From: the human T2T-CHM13v2.0 reference genome, Homo sapiens
Assembly: GCF_009914755.1 (NCBI RefSeq)
Contig: NC_060934.1
Direction: 5' to 3' (one strand)
Length of the DNA: 64,000 nucleotides
Each line of letters starts with the position of its first letter. The first letter of the stretch is position 1. Below the pieces are notes generated by a model, which did not search any database, had not been told where the DNA came from, and saw only the letters and a program-made list of their open reading frames with translations. Both the position numbers and the translations under genes were made by a program. Shown one piece after another: positions 1 to 12,362 of the stretch.

Positions 1-527
1 GGTTTCACTAGCTATTTAAATAATAATGTTGATAGTACACACTTTAGTTTGTGGAAACATCCTTTCTAGAAGATCTTGCCCAACCTTTATTAAGTGGCAA
101 TGATTAAGAATATACTTTAGAAGGCAAATAAAGTAGAATGTATGCAGTCCTATACTCATTGATACATTATGAGTAGAACTTGTTAAGATCTCTGCTTTGC
201 AATACCAACTTTTATGAAACAAACCTGTTTATGTAAGCACATATGTATTCAAGGATTTTTATAATAATATGTTTATGAAAACACATGTGTTGATACCATA
301 TTACCCCAATTATAGAGGGAAGATGAGAATATCTGATCAGAAAGAATGGGGAGGCTTCATTTAAAATGAAAAAAAGGTCAATAATCAAAGTGCAAAACCG
401 ATCGAAGAATGTGATCGTATTACAAGGTGACTTGCAGAACAAAGCAGTCCAGACAGGCAAAAGGACTGGCACGGAGAAACACAACTGAGTGAAATTACAT
501 TTAATTCAACACATAGGCACCGCAATA

Positions 528-930
<403 letters not shown>

Positions 931-1019
931 CATTCAAATTCCCACATCATAGTTTTTACAACACCAATATACCATGCAACCATCTCCCTGATAAGCCCAA
1001 TCATTTACTGGTCAATGCA

Positions 1020-2190
1020 CAGAATGTGAAGATATTATGAGGCACACACAGGAACTAAACCTACATGAATTTTTATCTTTTGCTAAAATGAGATTTGGGT
1101 GAACTAAATAAAACCACCATGAGTGTTCAAAGGAAAATACTTTTCAAGTGAACTGAAACAAAAATTAAAATCTATGAAATGCAGCCAAAATAATGATGGG
1201 AAGTAAGCTCATAGGACGAAAGGCTCATATTCGAAAAAAGTAAGGTCTCAGGTCCATAATCTAAGCTTCTATGTTAAACTCAAAGCCAGAAAAAGACATC
1301 ATAATGAGCACAAATCAAAGAAACTGAAAACAGAAAGGAGGAAACTCAAGTCACACCAAAAGCCTACGTATAAAAATTCCCAAGGGATCTACAAAAGTCA
1401 GTCCTAGATCCAATACCTGAGTTCAGCCAAGTCACAGCACACAGTCAAAGTGTACTCTACGTATTGGCAATTAGTATTTGGGACCTAAATGTTAAAAACA
1501 ACACTATTTACAGTAGCTGTATAAAAAACACTTAGGTATACATTTAACAAAGCACACAGAGGATGTGTATGAAGAAAACCACAAAACACTGAAGAAAGAA
1601 AGGAAAGAGCTACCTCAACTGAGCCACGAGTCCAAGGAGAAGCGGCAACACAGTCAAGACACCAATTCTCTCCACGTTGACCAACAGACTTACCACAACT
1701 CCAACATAAATCCCGCCAGGACACTGACCTGCGGACTTACCACAATTCCAGCATAAATCCTGGCAGGACACCGACCTGCAGACTTATTACAATTCCAGCA
1801 TAAATTCCGCCAGAACACTAACCTGCGGACTTACCACAATTCCAACATAAATTCCGCCAAGACGCCTACCTGCAGACTTACCACGATTCCAACATAAATC
1901 CCGCCAGGACACTGACCTGCGGACTTACCACAATTCCAACATAAATTCCGCCAGGATGCCTACCTGCAGACTTACCACGATTCCAACATAAATCCCGCCA
2001 GGACACCGACCTGCGGACTTATCATGATTCCAACATAAATCCTGCCAGGACTTTCTGTAGATGCAGACAAGCTAAAAGTTACATGAAAGGGAAAGAAACA
2101 GGACAATAAACGTTCCAATTTAAAAACTGGCAAAGATCGAACAGACACTTCAATGAAGTGGATGGACATAATAAGCACTCGGAAACTAAA
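1020..2190 (+). mobile_element. Old L1M ORF2 fragments, interrupted by a VNTR
   Basis: A-rich degenerate L1 ORF2 motifs: CTATGAAATGCAGCCAAA, ATAATCTAAGCTTC, GAAAACCACAAAACACTGAAGAAAGAAA, GCAAAGATCGAACAGACACTTC. Confidence 0.7.
1679..2051 (+). repeat. Minisatellite, 47-bp unit, ~8 copies
   Basis: GACTTA recurs every 47 bp from 1687 (1734, 1781, 1828 ... 2016); unit GACCTGCGGACTTACCACAATTCCAACATAAATCCCGCCAGGACACT. Confidence 0.95.
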
Positions 2191-3305
2191 AGAACTGACC
2201 ACAAAAGAGAGTGGCAGTGCTACTATACATAAATTTAACAAGCAAAATAAAACTACAAGGGAGAAACAAATGGAACCAAGGGCTACAAAGATGTATCTTA
2301 AAGCTGGCGGAAAACCATGGAAGTGTTCCTAGCCTCTTTCTCTGAGAGCACCACCTGACCATCCAGGAGTCGTCACTGACAGACCCAAAACCAGTGGGTG
2401 CTAACCACAGCTTCCACCCTGAGAGGGAAGAGTCATTTGAAGAACATCCAGCAATATTCCTTCGGCTCTTACCCCTCTGCTGTGCCAAACACCGAGTTAA
2501 CGTTTGCTGGCCTCTATATGCACACTGAGGTCTGCATTTGTAACCGCATTTTTACATCTTTCAGGACAGGACAATCCTCCTTTGTCCCCTATGGTTTTCA
2601 TCACGGTTCTATATACACCTGAAAATCTCTGCCGCCTACATCAGACGTTTTGTCTAAACCCATTACTGTGACTTACCCTAAATTTACAACCATTGATTTC
2701 AATTCCAAGTCCAAAGACTCATTTCCACAGTAATTATTTTACTCAGAAATTAAATTCCAGATTCCTGATCACACTTAAAGTCAACTGCTTTCAACTTCTG
2801 GGTTATAGATACAACTGGTCTAATTCTGTAACCTGAGAGGATTTCATGGAAATACTCTCTCTTCATCTCACGACACACACAGGTGGTAACTGCAGCCTTC
2901 AACCTAACTGCCTTCCTAACCAGAGCATGAAAGAGCAATAAAGAGTATTTATCCCCATCTCCTTGGGCTGGAGACCCACAGCGTATCAATCACTGTCAAA
3001 TCACTGTTGTGCAAAAATCAGTTCCAACGCCCTGTGGAGAATAAAGGCCACGCTGGAAGAGGCACGCAAGGGAAACAGCCGTCTGCCATGGGGCTCCCAC
3101 CCCCGAGACGGCAAATCCATGCAGGCGTGCCGAGGCTGGCCACCCGCTGATACCCTGCTACCATGGAACTATTCCAGGCACGAACTACCTGGAAGTCCTG
3201 GGAGAGAAACCCAGCACACAATGTTGCCGTCAGACCTGCAGGTGTGATCCCTAGCACAGCCACCTTAGGCCGGGAGAGCGAGGATGGGACTCAGAAGCTG
3301 CAAGA

Positions 3306-3426
3306 TGACCATGCAGAGAAGCACCCACGGCTCCGTGACCAAGTCTGACCATGCAGAGAAGCACCCACGGCTCCATGACCAAGTCTGACCATGGAGAGAA
3401 GCACCCACGGGCTCCGTGTCCAAGTC
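3306..3426 (+). repeat. Tandem repeat, 40-bp unit, 3 copies
   Basis: TGACCATGCAGAGAAGCACCCACGGCTCCGTGACCAAGTC at 3306, 3346, 3386. Confidence 0.9.
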
Positions 3427-3755
3427 ACAAGTGACAAGATGAGACGCTTCCCGTGTTCCCATGTTCTGTCACTTTAACACTAAAAATTTAGTACATCTTA
3501 CTGTTTCCTAAGAAAGCATAAGGCCTGAGTAGCAGGTGGCCGCTAACCTGGTTCTTTTCAGCTTCATAACAGAAGGCAATAGCTATATAAACCAAATCGC
3601 ACTATGGCTGCATCACGGCTTTCATTGCATGTCAAACCCTCAGCTCCAGCGGTGCTGACCCCGTCATACTCAGAGAAGAGGTGAGCTCTTCAATCTCCAT
3701 TTCTCAACACTCCAAGCTGTTTCCATATGAGCTCATGTGACTCTCAGTGCTAGGT

Positions 3756-3782
3756 TCGTTCATTCATTCATTCATTCATTCA
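3756..3782 (+). repeat. (TTCA)n microsatellite, probably an L2 tail
   Basis: TTCGTTCATTCATTCATTCATTCATTCA. Confidence 0.7.
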
Positions 3783-4284
3783 GCAAAACCGCCGTGAACC
3801 CGCGGGATCCCCACCCTGCCCTCCAAGGGATACTATTCTGATGGGACCTGTGTCCACACCCATATTACTGCAGCCCAGCACCCTTCCCGGAACCGTGTGC
3901 ATCTCCCCAAAAGAAAACTGTACAGAAAACGGCAACGGGTCCAGTCATGTTCCGAGGAGCAATTCCAATTGCTGATGTTTTAAGGCAACAGACTAATAAC
4001 CGGCACCTCATCAACACAGAGTCACTAACTTCCCAGCAGTGTCTCTAGTCCCTCTACAAGGATATACAGATATACACGCAGGAGCTATCTTAGGAGGCAA
4101 CAAGACGCTCTTCAGGAAACAGGAGAAAGCAAAACATTTGAGGAACGGACAGGGGCATCTCCACCTTCTACTGCCACAATTTGTGTGTTAGTGATCAAGC
4201 CAAGGTTCTCAACCTTTCCAATCTATTAACCCCCTGCCTGAGGCTCTCGACTGATCCCCAGCTGTACTTCCTGGCAATAAACAA

Positions 4285-4642
4285 CCTGCCCAGCTGTGAT
4301 TCCTGTGTGCACCTGACACCAGGGAGATGGAGCTGCCTGCCCAGCGGTGCTTCCTGTGGGTGCCCCTGACCCCACAGGAGATGGGGACCACCTGCCCAGC
4401 TATATTCCCTCTGTGGGCACCTGACACCAGGGAGATGGAGCCACCTGCCCAGCTGTGCTTCCTGTGGGTGCCCCTGACGCCACAGGAGATGGGGACCACC
4501 TGCCCAGCTATATTTCCTCTGGGTGCACCTGACACCAGGGAGACAGAGCTGCCTGCCCAGCTGTGCTTCCTGTGGGTGCCCCTGACACCACAGGAGATGG
4601 GGACCACCTGCCCAGCCATATTTCCTCTGGGCGCACCTGACA
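4285..4642 (+). repeat. Minisatellite with 108-bp dimeric unit (alternating ~55/53-bp monomers), ~3.3 dimers
   Basis: Alternating CCTGCCCAGCTGTGCTTCC...GGGGACCA and CCTGCCCAGCTATATT...GGAGCTG monomers; 36-aa period in overlapping ORFs. Confidence 0.93.
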
Positions 4643-5618
4643 ACAGTAGGATGCTGCATGTGCCTACACTGACAGCTACAGCATCATCTCCTGCTGTAAA
4701 AACTCCCTTTCAGAGGTAACAGGACAATGGGGCAGGTTTTCTCCTGGAGAAGTAAAGAAGCTGAGAAATCCAGGGGATTAGGAACGCAGGTGACAAAAGG
4801 AGGTTGTGACATCTACACGATGTCACATTTGGCAGCACAAGGGAGTGCTGGTATGTGCTGCTAGGTACTGTTATTCCCAGAACCACCTCACACTGCATGG
4901 CATTGACATGCTTCCCATGCTCGTTACCCTTCGGAAGACACATTTAAATAACCTTGACTTGCTGGGATGCAGCTGGAGAGAGATGCCTGGAGACCACCAG
5001 CCCAGAGTCAAGGCTCCATTTTCTCCTGCTTGCAGGACTTCTGCATGAAGCTAAGGCATCCAAATGTGCATAAGATTTATGAAGAGCAGACAAGCTGCAT
5101 GACATCTTCTGAGAGGGAAGCTGTGCCATGTCAGGGGTTGGGACAGCAGCAGCAAGGGGGATCAGCCCAAGGCCTGGGGAGAGGCAGTTGGGAAATCTCA
5201 GTGTGTGTAGCCCTGGGGTCTGAGGCTTTCAACTGTCCATGTGGCTCCCACAGCTCAAGTCCAGCGTGTGGTCATGACCCAGGGCAGGGCCACTCACAGA
5301 GCACAGTTCATCTCAAATGTGATGGGGACGCTGAATGATACGCCAACGTACCAGAATAGAATCCCCAGTACTCACATGCAGAAGGCACTCCCAGCAACAC
5401 GCATGCCTACACCACCCTGCACCAAGGGGCTGGGCACTCCTGCAGTCTGCAGCTGCCTCCTATCCCCCAACACACAGTGGCCTCCCGGGACAACATTCTA
5501 TTTGCCGGCCACAGCCTGGAGCCCCCAAAGCACGGAGGAGGGGCTTAGCGAGCCACGCAACGTTCCCACCTCACACCCAGGAAACGAGCCCCTCACTGAA
5601 GTGGGTCCTGCACCCGCC

Positions 5619-6371
5619 AGCTGTGCATGATCAGAGGTGTGAGGTTATGGACATGGTCACACACTGTGCACAGAGGTGTGAGGTCACAGACCTGGTCACC
5701 CACTGTGCATGATCAGAGGTGTGAGGGCATGGACCCGGTCAACCACTGTGCAAGACGAGAGGCGTGTGGTCAAGGACCTGGTCACCCACTGTGCACGATA
5801 AGAGGTGTGAGGTCACGGACCCGGTCACCCATTGTGCACGATAAGAGGTGTGAGGTCACAGACCCGGTCACCCGCTGTGCACGATGAGAGGTATGCGAGG
5901 TTAGGGACCTGGTCACCCACTGTGCAGTCAGAGCCATGCGACGTTACAGACCTGGTCACCAGCTGTGCCCAATCAGAAGCTTTTGAGGTTAGGGACCTGG
6001 TCACCCGCTGTGCACAGAGGCGTGAGGTTACGGACCTGGTCACCCGCTGTGTCCAATCAGAGACGTATGAGGTTACAGACCTAGTCACCAGCTGCAAACA
6101 ATCAGAAGCTTTCAAGGTTAGGGACCTGGTCACCCGCTGTGTCCAACCAGAGCTGTGCGAGGTTACAGACCTAGTCACCAGCTGTGCCCAATCAGAAGCT
6201 TTTGAGGTTAGGGACCTGGTCACCCGCTATGCACAGAGGCGTGAGGTTACGGACTTGGTCACTCGCTGTGCACTATCAGAGGTGTGTGAGGTTAGGGACC
6301 CGGTCACCCGCTGTGTCCAATCAGAGGCGTGCGAGGTTAGGGACTGTGTGCGCGGTGACGGACCTGGTCAT
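5619..6371 (+). repeat. Compound minisatellite, 39-45-bp units, ~17 copies
   Basis: Recurring GAGGT(C/T)A(C/G)(A/G)GACC(T/C)GGTCACC core. Confidence 0.93.
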
Positions 6372-8089
6372 CAGCCAAGATTCCTGATGTTTCCAGTGTC
6401 ATCTCAGCTTCCTTCAAAACTTGAAATCTTTAGATATTTCCCAAAAGCTCGTCCGTCTTTGAAAACGATACATATGCGCACAGGTGAGTTTGTTCCCGCA
6501 CATTCCTTTCAGTACTGACGATTGAAGATCGAAGGTTAGAGCATTCCAGCCCAGTGCCCATGTCCCACCCCATCTGTGAAAACCTGAGCACAATCAGAGG
6601 CTGCAGACAATCTCTGCATCATCCTCAGAAACTGTTCCTGACCATTCACCTGAGGCCACCAAGTTTAAATGAGGGGCCCAAGTTTTAAAAGACAGGAGAA
6701 GACTTTTCCACAATCTTTTTCTGAAGACAGAGTCCATGCGTTGTATCATCAGCACCATTTGTGCCTGTCCTGGTCAGGAAGAGCTGCAACCACGTCTCTG
6801 TGCTCTTCCAGTGCAGGGTGCTGCCCTTCCCTCCCTTTCCAAGCACAGAGCAGCTCCTGATGACCCAGCACCTCTGCTCAGCCACCTTCCCCCAACGCCT
6901 TCCTCCCTCACGCCAGAGGAGCTCGTGCAGCCAGGCTTTCTGGCTCACCACCGCGATTCAGTCACTTACACCCTCATTCCAGGCTGAAAATCTCTTCTGA
7001 AAATATCCAAATCTTACCCATGTCAGGCTCCATCTTTTCCCCAGAGCCCCTCACCCACTCCAGAGCAGCATCTCCGGTGCCCGTGCAGCCTGGGCGCAGA
7101 TCCACAGGCTCAGAGTGCCCAGGCCCTCAGCCCCTCCATGTGTGCCCTTACTCCCTTGCTCCCCAGCGTTAATGCCCCCATCCTCGATTTCCTGGTAGGC
7201 AAAAGGGGGTTAATTCTAACAGTGCTTACCTAACTGGATAATTTCATACCGCATCCGGCCCAGCATACTGCCTTGATAAATGACAGGTCCTGCTGCACTG
7301 TTACCATTGTGCTGGTTCCGGATTTCCTGTGAGCCGCTAAGCTCTTCGCAGCAAAGACCACTCAATGGTCTGGTCCAGGACTCTCTGGGATGGATGGATG
7401 GGTGAGTGGCTGATGGACAAGTGTGATGCTGAATGGGATCATGCAAAGCTGGCCCCACGTATTTTGGTCAACGTAAGAAAAAAGCCTCCCATGTTTGCTT
7501 GCTGCCACCCTAACCGCAGCGTCCAGAAGAAGCCACTTAAAGGCAACTGTACCGCACATACAGGAGATGGCGAGACGAGACTGGCTGGAGATGGGAAGTT
7601 GTGTACTACTGATCAGGGCTGCATGACCCAAAAAAGGCATCACTCGAAAACACGGCTGTTCCAACAGCAGTGCTGGAAGGCGGCCACTCTGACCCGACCG
7701 TCCACCTCCAGGGTCAGCCACCTGGCACCTCTTGGATGTCTCATCCTGGGCACCCCTTCACAGAGTAAATGAGCCTTTTAACTTCAGCCTGTCCTCGCTA
7801 GAACACTGACTCCCACCTCCCATGTCCTGAACCGGCCTGTTCCAGGGACTGCTGTGGACAGACGAGCAGGCCCAAGATATCTAGTGGCATTTCCTGGCAA
7901 GGACACTCACGATGCTTGACCATACAACTAGGGGTCGATTGGTTTTTTAGACTGACTGTAATTCCCTGGTGGCACGCGTGGATACTGATTCACCCGGGGA
8001 GGGGCATAGAGGAGACTGAAGGAAAACCCGTCCTAACCGCGCCAGGTATTCCCGCACGCACCGACATCTTCAGACTTCTGCAGCATCTT

Positions 8090-8180
8090 CCTCCTACAGA
8101 CAAACTGAAGCTCAGAGACACTAAGGAGCTTGTCCAAGACCAGCAACAAGTATGTGAGCAGCTGGGATTCAACCAGGTCC
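8090..8180 (-). mobile_element. MIR SINE fragment
   Basis: ACAGACAAACTGAAGCTCAGAGA...CTTGTCCAAGACC...GCTGGGATTCAACCAGG matches the MIR core in reverse. Confidence 0.65.
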
Positions 8181-8532
8181 TTCCCTGGATCCATCCGCGC
8201 TGCTCCCCCTCCCACCCCGAGGCAGCTCCAGATGGACACAGCAGGTCGGAACATCCCACACCCCAAAGACAGACTACGGAGCAGAGCCGGCTTCCGCAGC
8301 GGAAACTCACACACAGCCCATTCCCATTCTTGCCGAATATCTCAGGGACTCTGTGCGGTAAGGGCTGCAGGTGTGACCTCACTCTGCGCCAGGAGATCCG
8401 GGTGGTAGGCAGTGTTTTGGAGGGTGCTCGTCCAGACGAGAGAGAGGCATCTAAGGGGGCTCATAAGCAGATCCATGAGACACAGGACACCTCAGAGAAG
8501 GGCCGACAAACCCCACAAAGTCGCTCCCATCC

Positions 8533-8652
8533 TGGAGAGCAGCTTGGAGAGGACGGGGCGCCGCAGTCTCCTCCCAGCCCACGCTTCGGCATGGAGAGCA
8601 GCTTGGAGAGGACAGGGCCGCCGCAGTCTCCTCCCAACCCACGCTTCAGATG
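8533..8652 (+). repeat. Tandem duplication, ~59-60 bp x2
   Basis: TGGAGAGCAGCTTGGAGAGGAC...GCCGCAGTCTCCTCCCA.CCCACGCTTC at 8533 and 8592. Confidence 0.88.
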
Positions 8653-8924
8653 GGTCTCGCTGCAGCCTGTGGTGCTCATCAGGCTAAGCAGCAAGAGGAA
8701 GCTTCCCAGGGCAGGAGTTCTCCTTTCACAGCAAAAGTGGCACAGGCAATGCAGCAGGGCTACTTCAGCCCAGGGCTCAGGAACCACGGGGTGCAGCGCG
8801 GCCTGCAGCAAACCAGACACATCAGAAGCCAAGGTCCCACTTTAACATTCAGTGACATCGAACGGAGGGAGTTATCTGTAGCAATCGCCTTCCTGGGGGA
8901 CCCGTACAACACGCATGACCACTG

Positions 8925-9060
8925 AAACTGACTGAGTCCCTTCTAGGTCCTGGGGGCTACCCCACTTTACACTCATTGGTTCCATTCACAAATCTATGTG
9001 GGGCAGTTGTTAGCCCCAGTTTAGAGATGAGGAAAATGCTGCTTGGAGAAACTAAATGAT
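8925..9060 (-). mobile_element. MIR SINE fragment
   Basis: CCCCAGTTTAGAGATGAGGAAAATG core similarity. Confidence 0.5.
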
Positions 9061-11056
9061 AAAACCAGACTTCAACACACCTTGCCGTCTCCAAGACCCC
9101 TGCTCTGTGTCCTAGGGTCTCAGGGGCTGGGTATTCGGCATTTTAAGTGACTAATCATAGGCAGTTTTCTTCTCTCCTGCACCTATATTTAGCCTGAACG
9201 TGCACGTACATGCTCAGCTGCAGGTGCACTGCCGTATGTGGACCAGCAACGCTCTTTCCCGCCTGGGGTTCTCGTGACCACCTTCCGGAAAGCTCTCGCC
9301 TGCTTTACAGCCGTGCCAGGCAGGCCTGGGCAGCCGCACAGTGAAATTACTGCAGGGTCAGAGCCAAGTGCTGGCTGAGATTTTAACAGCGAAGACAGCA
9401 GAGCAATGGGGATAAGCTGAACAAAACTCTATTGCAGCACAGACGGAAATCTAGAAGCAAAAGAAGCTGACACCCCTGAGAGAGCAGCTGACTGCATCTC
9501 ACTGTGACGTTAACAGCAGCCTGCTGTTTCCAGCGCCTCCGTGTGCCGGGGTTTCCAGTCAGCATTTGTGTTTATCTGCTCTTGAGCTGCCTGATCAAAC
9601 CTCCGTAAAGATCAGGGATATCTAAATTGACCCAATATCTGCATGCTGGCTGCTCAGAGCTGGTGGTGTGGGACAGCCAGGACATCACTTAGTCATACGG
9701 GGGCACAAACATGTCACTTGCCACTCATGTCTTTATCTCATTAAAACCTATTTTCTCCTGAATATTGACCACAGCAAAGTCTATTAGCCTTCGAGATGCA
9801 GTTGAAACATCGACGTGCTTTGTTCAAGAGGTTTAAGACACACGTAAGTCTTTCTTGCCATGCTCAATACACACAGCCGTTTCTGAAGTCGGTGTTTCTG
9901 GAACAAAAGCCTTGGCCTGCCCCAGTGAACATTCACGCTGAACACACTGTCGCGATGCTGCTTGGCCAGCCAGCAGGGGGCAGGAGAGAGCAGCAGGTGC
10001 CAGCGTGGAGTTCCTGCAAACTCGCCTCAATCAAGGGCGGTGTGTCCTGCCAATCCAGCGGCTTCCTCCAAGGGGAAGCGGCCTCTTCAGCTGCCACAGC
10101 ACTGATTTCAGGCGGCTCAGCCAATGGGGCAACAGATTCAACAGAGTTCCATGTCGTTAAAGGAAAACTTCTGTTACCAGGCAACCTTAATATCAGATTC
10201 AACGTAAAATAACCAACAAGATTGTTTCCAAACCAAGGTGCTACTAGTGCCTTATCCTTCAATGCTGCTTAAACACGGAGAAGTATGAGGAAAAAAGAAC
10301 ATAGCATTTACTTCTTAAAAAATAACACGTCTTCCAGGTTCATTTTACCCATAAAGACTTAGAACTGTGGCTTCCCTAGAGGAACGTGGTGGGAGGTGGA
10401 TCCCGACACTGACCCAGCCTCCCCCAAGTCAGTCACCCCTCCACGGGGTTCACACCTCTCCAGGCCCTGTCACCTCAACAATGAAGGGTGGCGGCTCCGA
10501 GCTCTCTTCACAGGGAGCACCGAACAGGAGCTAGAGAGAGACACAGACACACCCACAACCGCTTAAAAATCCTGAAATGCAATACATATTTAAGGACTTC
10601 ATTATTAGTTTTTCAAAACTGTAAGAACAAAGTGAGCCTGGCTTTAACCTGTGTGACACGATAACACCGTGTATATCTGTCCTTTACTGTCTGTTCCTTC
10701 TCCAGCTGCTGCTGCCTGGCTGGCCGACTGCGGGAGAAGAGCCTCTGGTACTCCCGGGAGGCCCTCGGTAAAAGCGTGAGCACCACAATCACCTCTCAGG
10801 ACACCGCACACGTTAGGGTCGCCCACAGACGGCCGTTCCCAGTGCCTTCTTATAAAGGCATGAACGGGCCTCCTGCTCTTTGTAAATGTCAACCTTCCTA
10901 AGCGATGTCGTGTTGACAATTTTTAACTGCAGTCCACCTATACTTCTTTGTTTCTGTCTTGTTTTTATCCTAGAGGCATATTATTATGGAAAATTAAATT
11001 TGCAAGGTTGAAGCGTTTTTTAAAGTTGACTTCTAATCCTGGAAGGGAAAAAAATG

Positions 11057-11380
11057 GGCCAGATGTGGTGCTCACACCTGTAATCCCAGCAGTTTGGGAG
11101 GCTGAGGCAGGCAGATTGCTTGAGCCCAGGAGCTCAAGACCAGCCTGGGAAACATGGCAAAACCCTGTCTCTACTAAAAATAAAAAATAAAAATAAAAAT
11201 AAAAAATTAGCTGGGTGTGGTGATATGTATCTAGTCCCAGCTACTCAGGGTGCTGAGGTGGGAGGATCACCTGAGAGGTGATCACCCAGGAGGTGAAGGC
11301 TGCAGTCAGCCAAGATTTGCGTTGCTGCACTCCAGCCTGGGCGACAGAGTGAGACCCCATCTCAAAAAACAAAAAGCAAA
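11057..11380 (+). mobile_element. AluJ-type SINE
   Basis: Full dimer with GATTGCTTGAGCCCAGGAG, expanded (AAAAAT)n linker and A-rich tail. Confidence 0.92.
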
Positions 11381-11412
11381 AACAACTGTATACATCATTA
11401 TAGAAAGGAGCT

Positions 11413-11723
11413 GGCCGGGCAGTGGCTCACGCCTGGAATCCCAGCACTTTGGAAGGTCGGGGTGGGCAGATCACCTGAGGTCAGGAGTTTGAGACCAGCC
11501 TGGCCAATATGGCAAAACCCCATCTCTAATAAAAACACAAAAATTAGCCAGGCATGATGGTGGGTGCCTGTAATCCCAGCTACTAGGGAGGCTGAGGGAG
11601 GAGAATCACTTCAGCCTGGGAGGTGGAAGTTGCAGTGAGCCGAGATTGCGCCACTGTACTCCACTCCAGCCTGGGTGACAACAGCGAGACCCCACTTCAG
11701 GAAAAAAAAAAAAAAAAAAAAAA
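11413..11723 (+). mobile_element. AluS-type SINE
   Basis: GATCACCTGAGGTCAGGAGTTTGAGACC; long A tail; flanking AAAGGAGCT-like TSD. Confidence 0.93.
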
Positions 11724-12189
11724 GGGAGCTAATGTTTTTCATTTAAGGGAAGGGAGAAGAACATTCAGTATTTATACATCTCACGCACACATCTGCAGTG
11801 GGGCCCTAAAGTATTCAAGATACACATTCCTACAAATATAGCTCAAAACTACTCACCAAGTTTCATGCTAAAAGCACATGCATTTTAAGAGTGCTACATT
11901 ATATTTTTTAAGCATCTGTATCCAATATTTTAGCATACTGGCAGTTTTCCCTTCAGGTGCTGTATGCCTAAATTATTACATGTTTAGTCGTTCATGTTAG
12001 AATTTATGACTCGCTTTAGACAAAAGAAATAAACATAAGCTACTAAATTAATGACTTAGGGGAAAAGTTACTACAATAACTTAGAAGTCAAACTTTGCAA
12101 ACTGAATTTGTTGGACCATGTAAGCCAGATGATCAGTTTTTAAAATTGTTTGTTGCGTGTTTCCCTCAAGGACGGAAGTCTCCCCTTTA

Positions 12190-12362
12190 CTCTCATCCAC
12201 TGCATGCTGCAGCCCGCACCTCTCATCCACCACAGCACACTGCGGCCCGCGCCTCTCCTCCACCGCGCCACACCACGGCCCGTGGCTCTCGTCCACCACA
12301 GCACACCGCAGCCCATGCTTCTTGTCCACCGTGCCACACCGCGGTCCACTGCGCCACACTGC
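12190..12362 (+). repeat. Degenerate minisatellite, ~33-bp unit, ~5 copies
   Basis: CTCTCNTCCACC.C.GC.ACAC.GCGGCCC; 11-aa period in ORFs. Confidence 0.8.

Noticed and set aside
2677-2832. Minus-strand 156-nt segment bounded by CTCTCAG| and |GTAAGT
   Set aside because: It has stops in all three frames and only a modest pyrimidine tract; it cannot be told from chance without RNA data.
7916-8845. 309-aa + strand ORF
   Set aside because: It starts at a non-ATG codon, runs through a MIR fragment and a 60-bp duplication, and has no recognisable homology.
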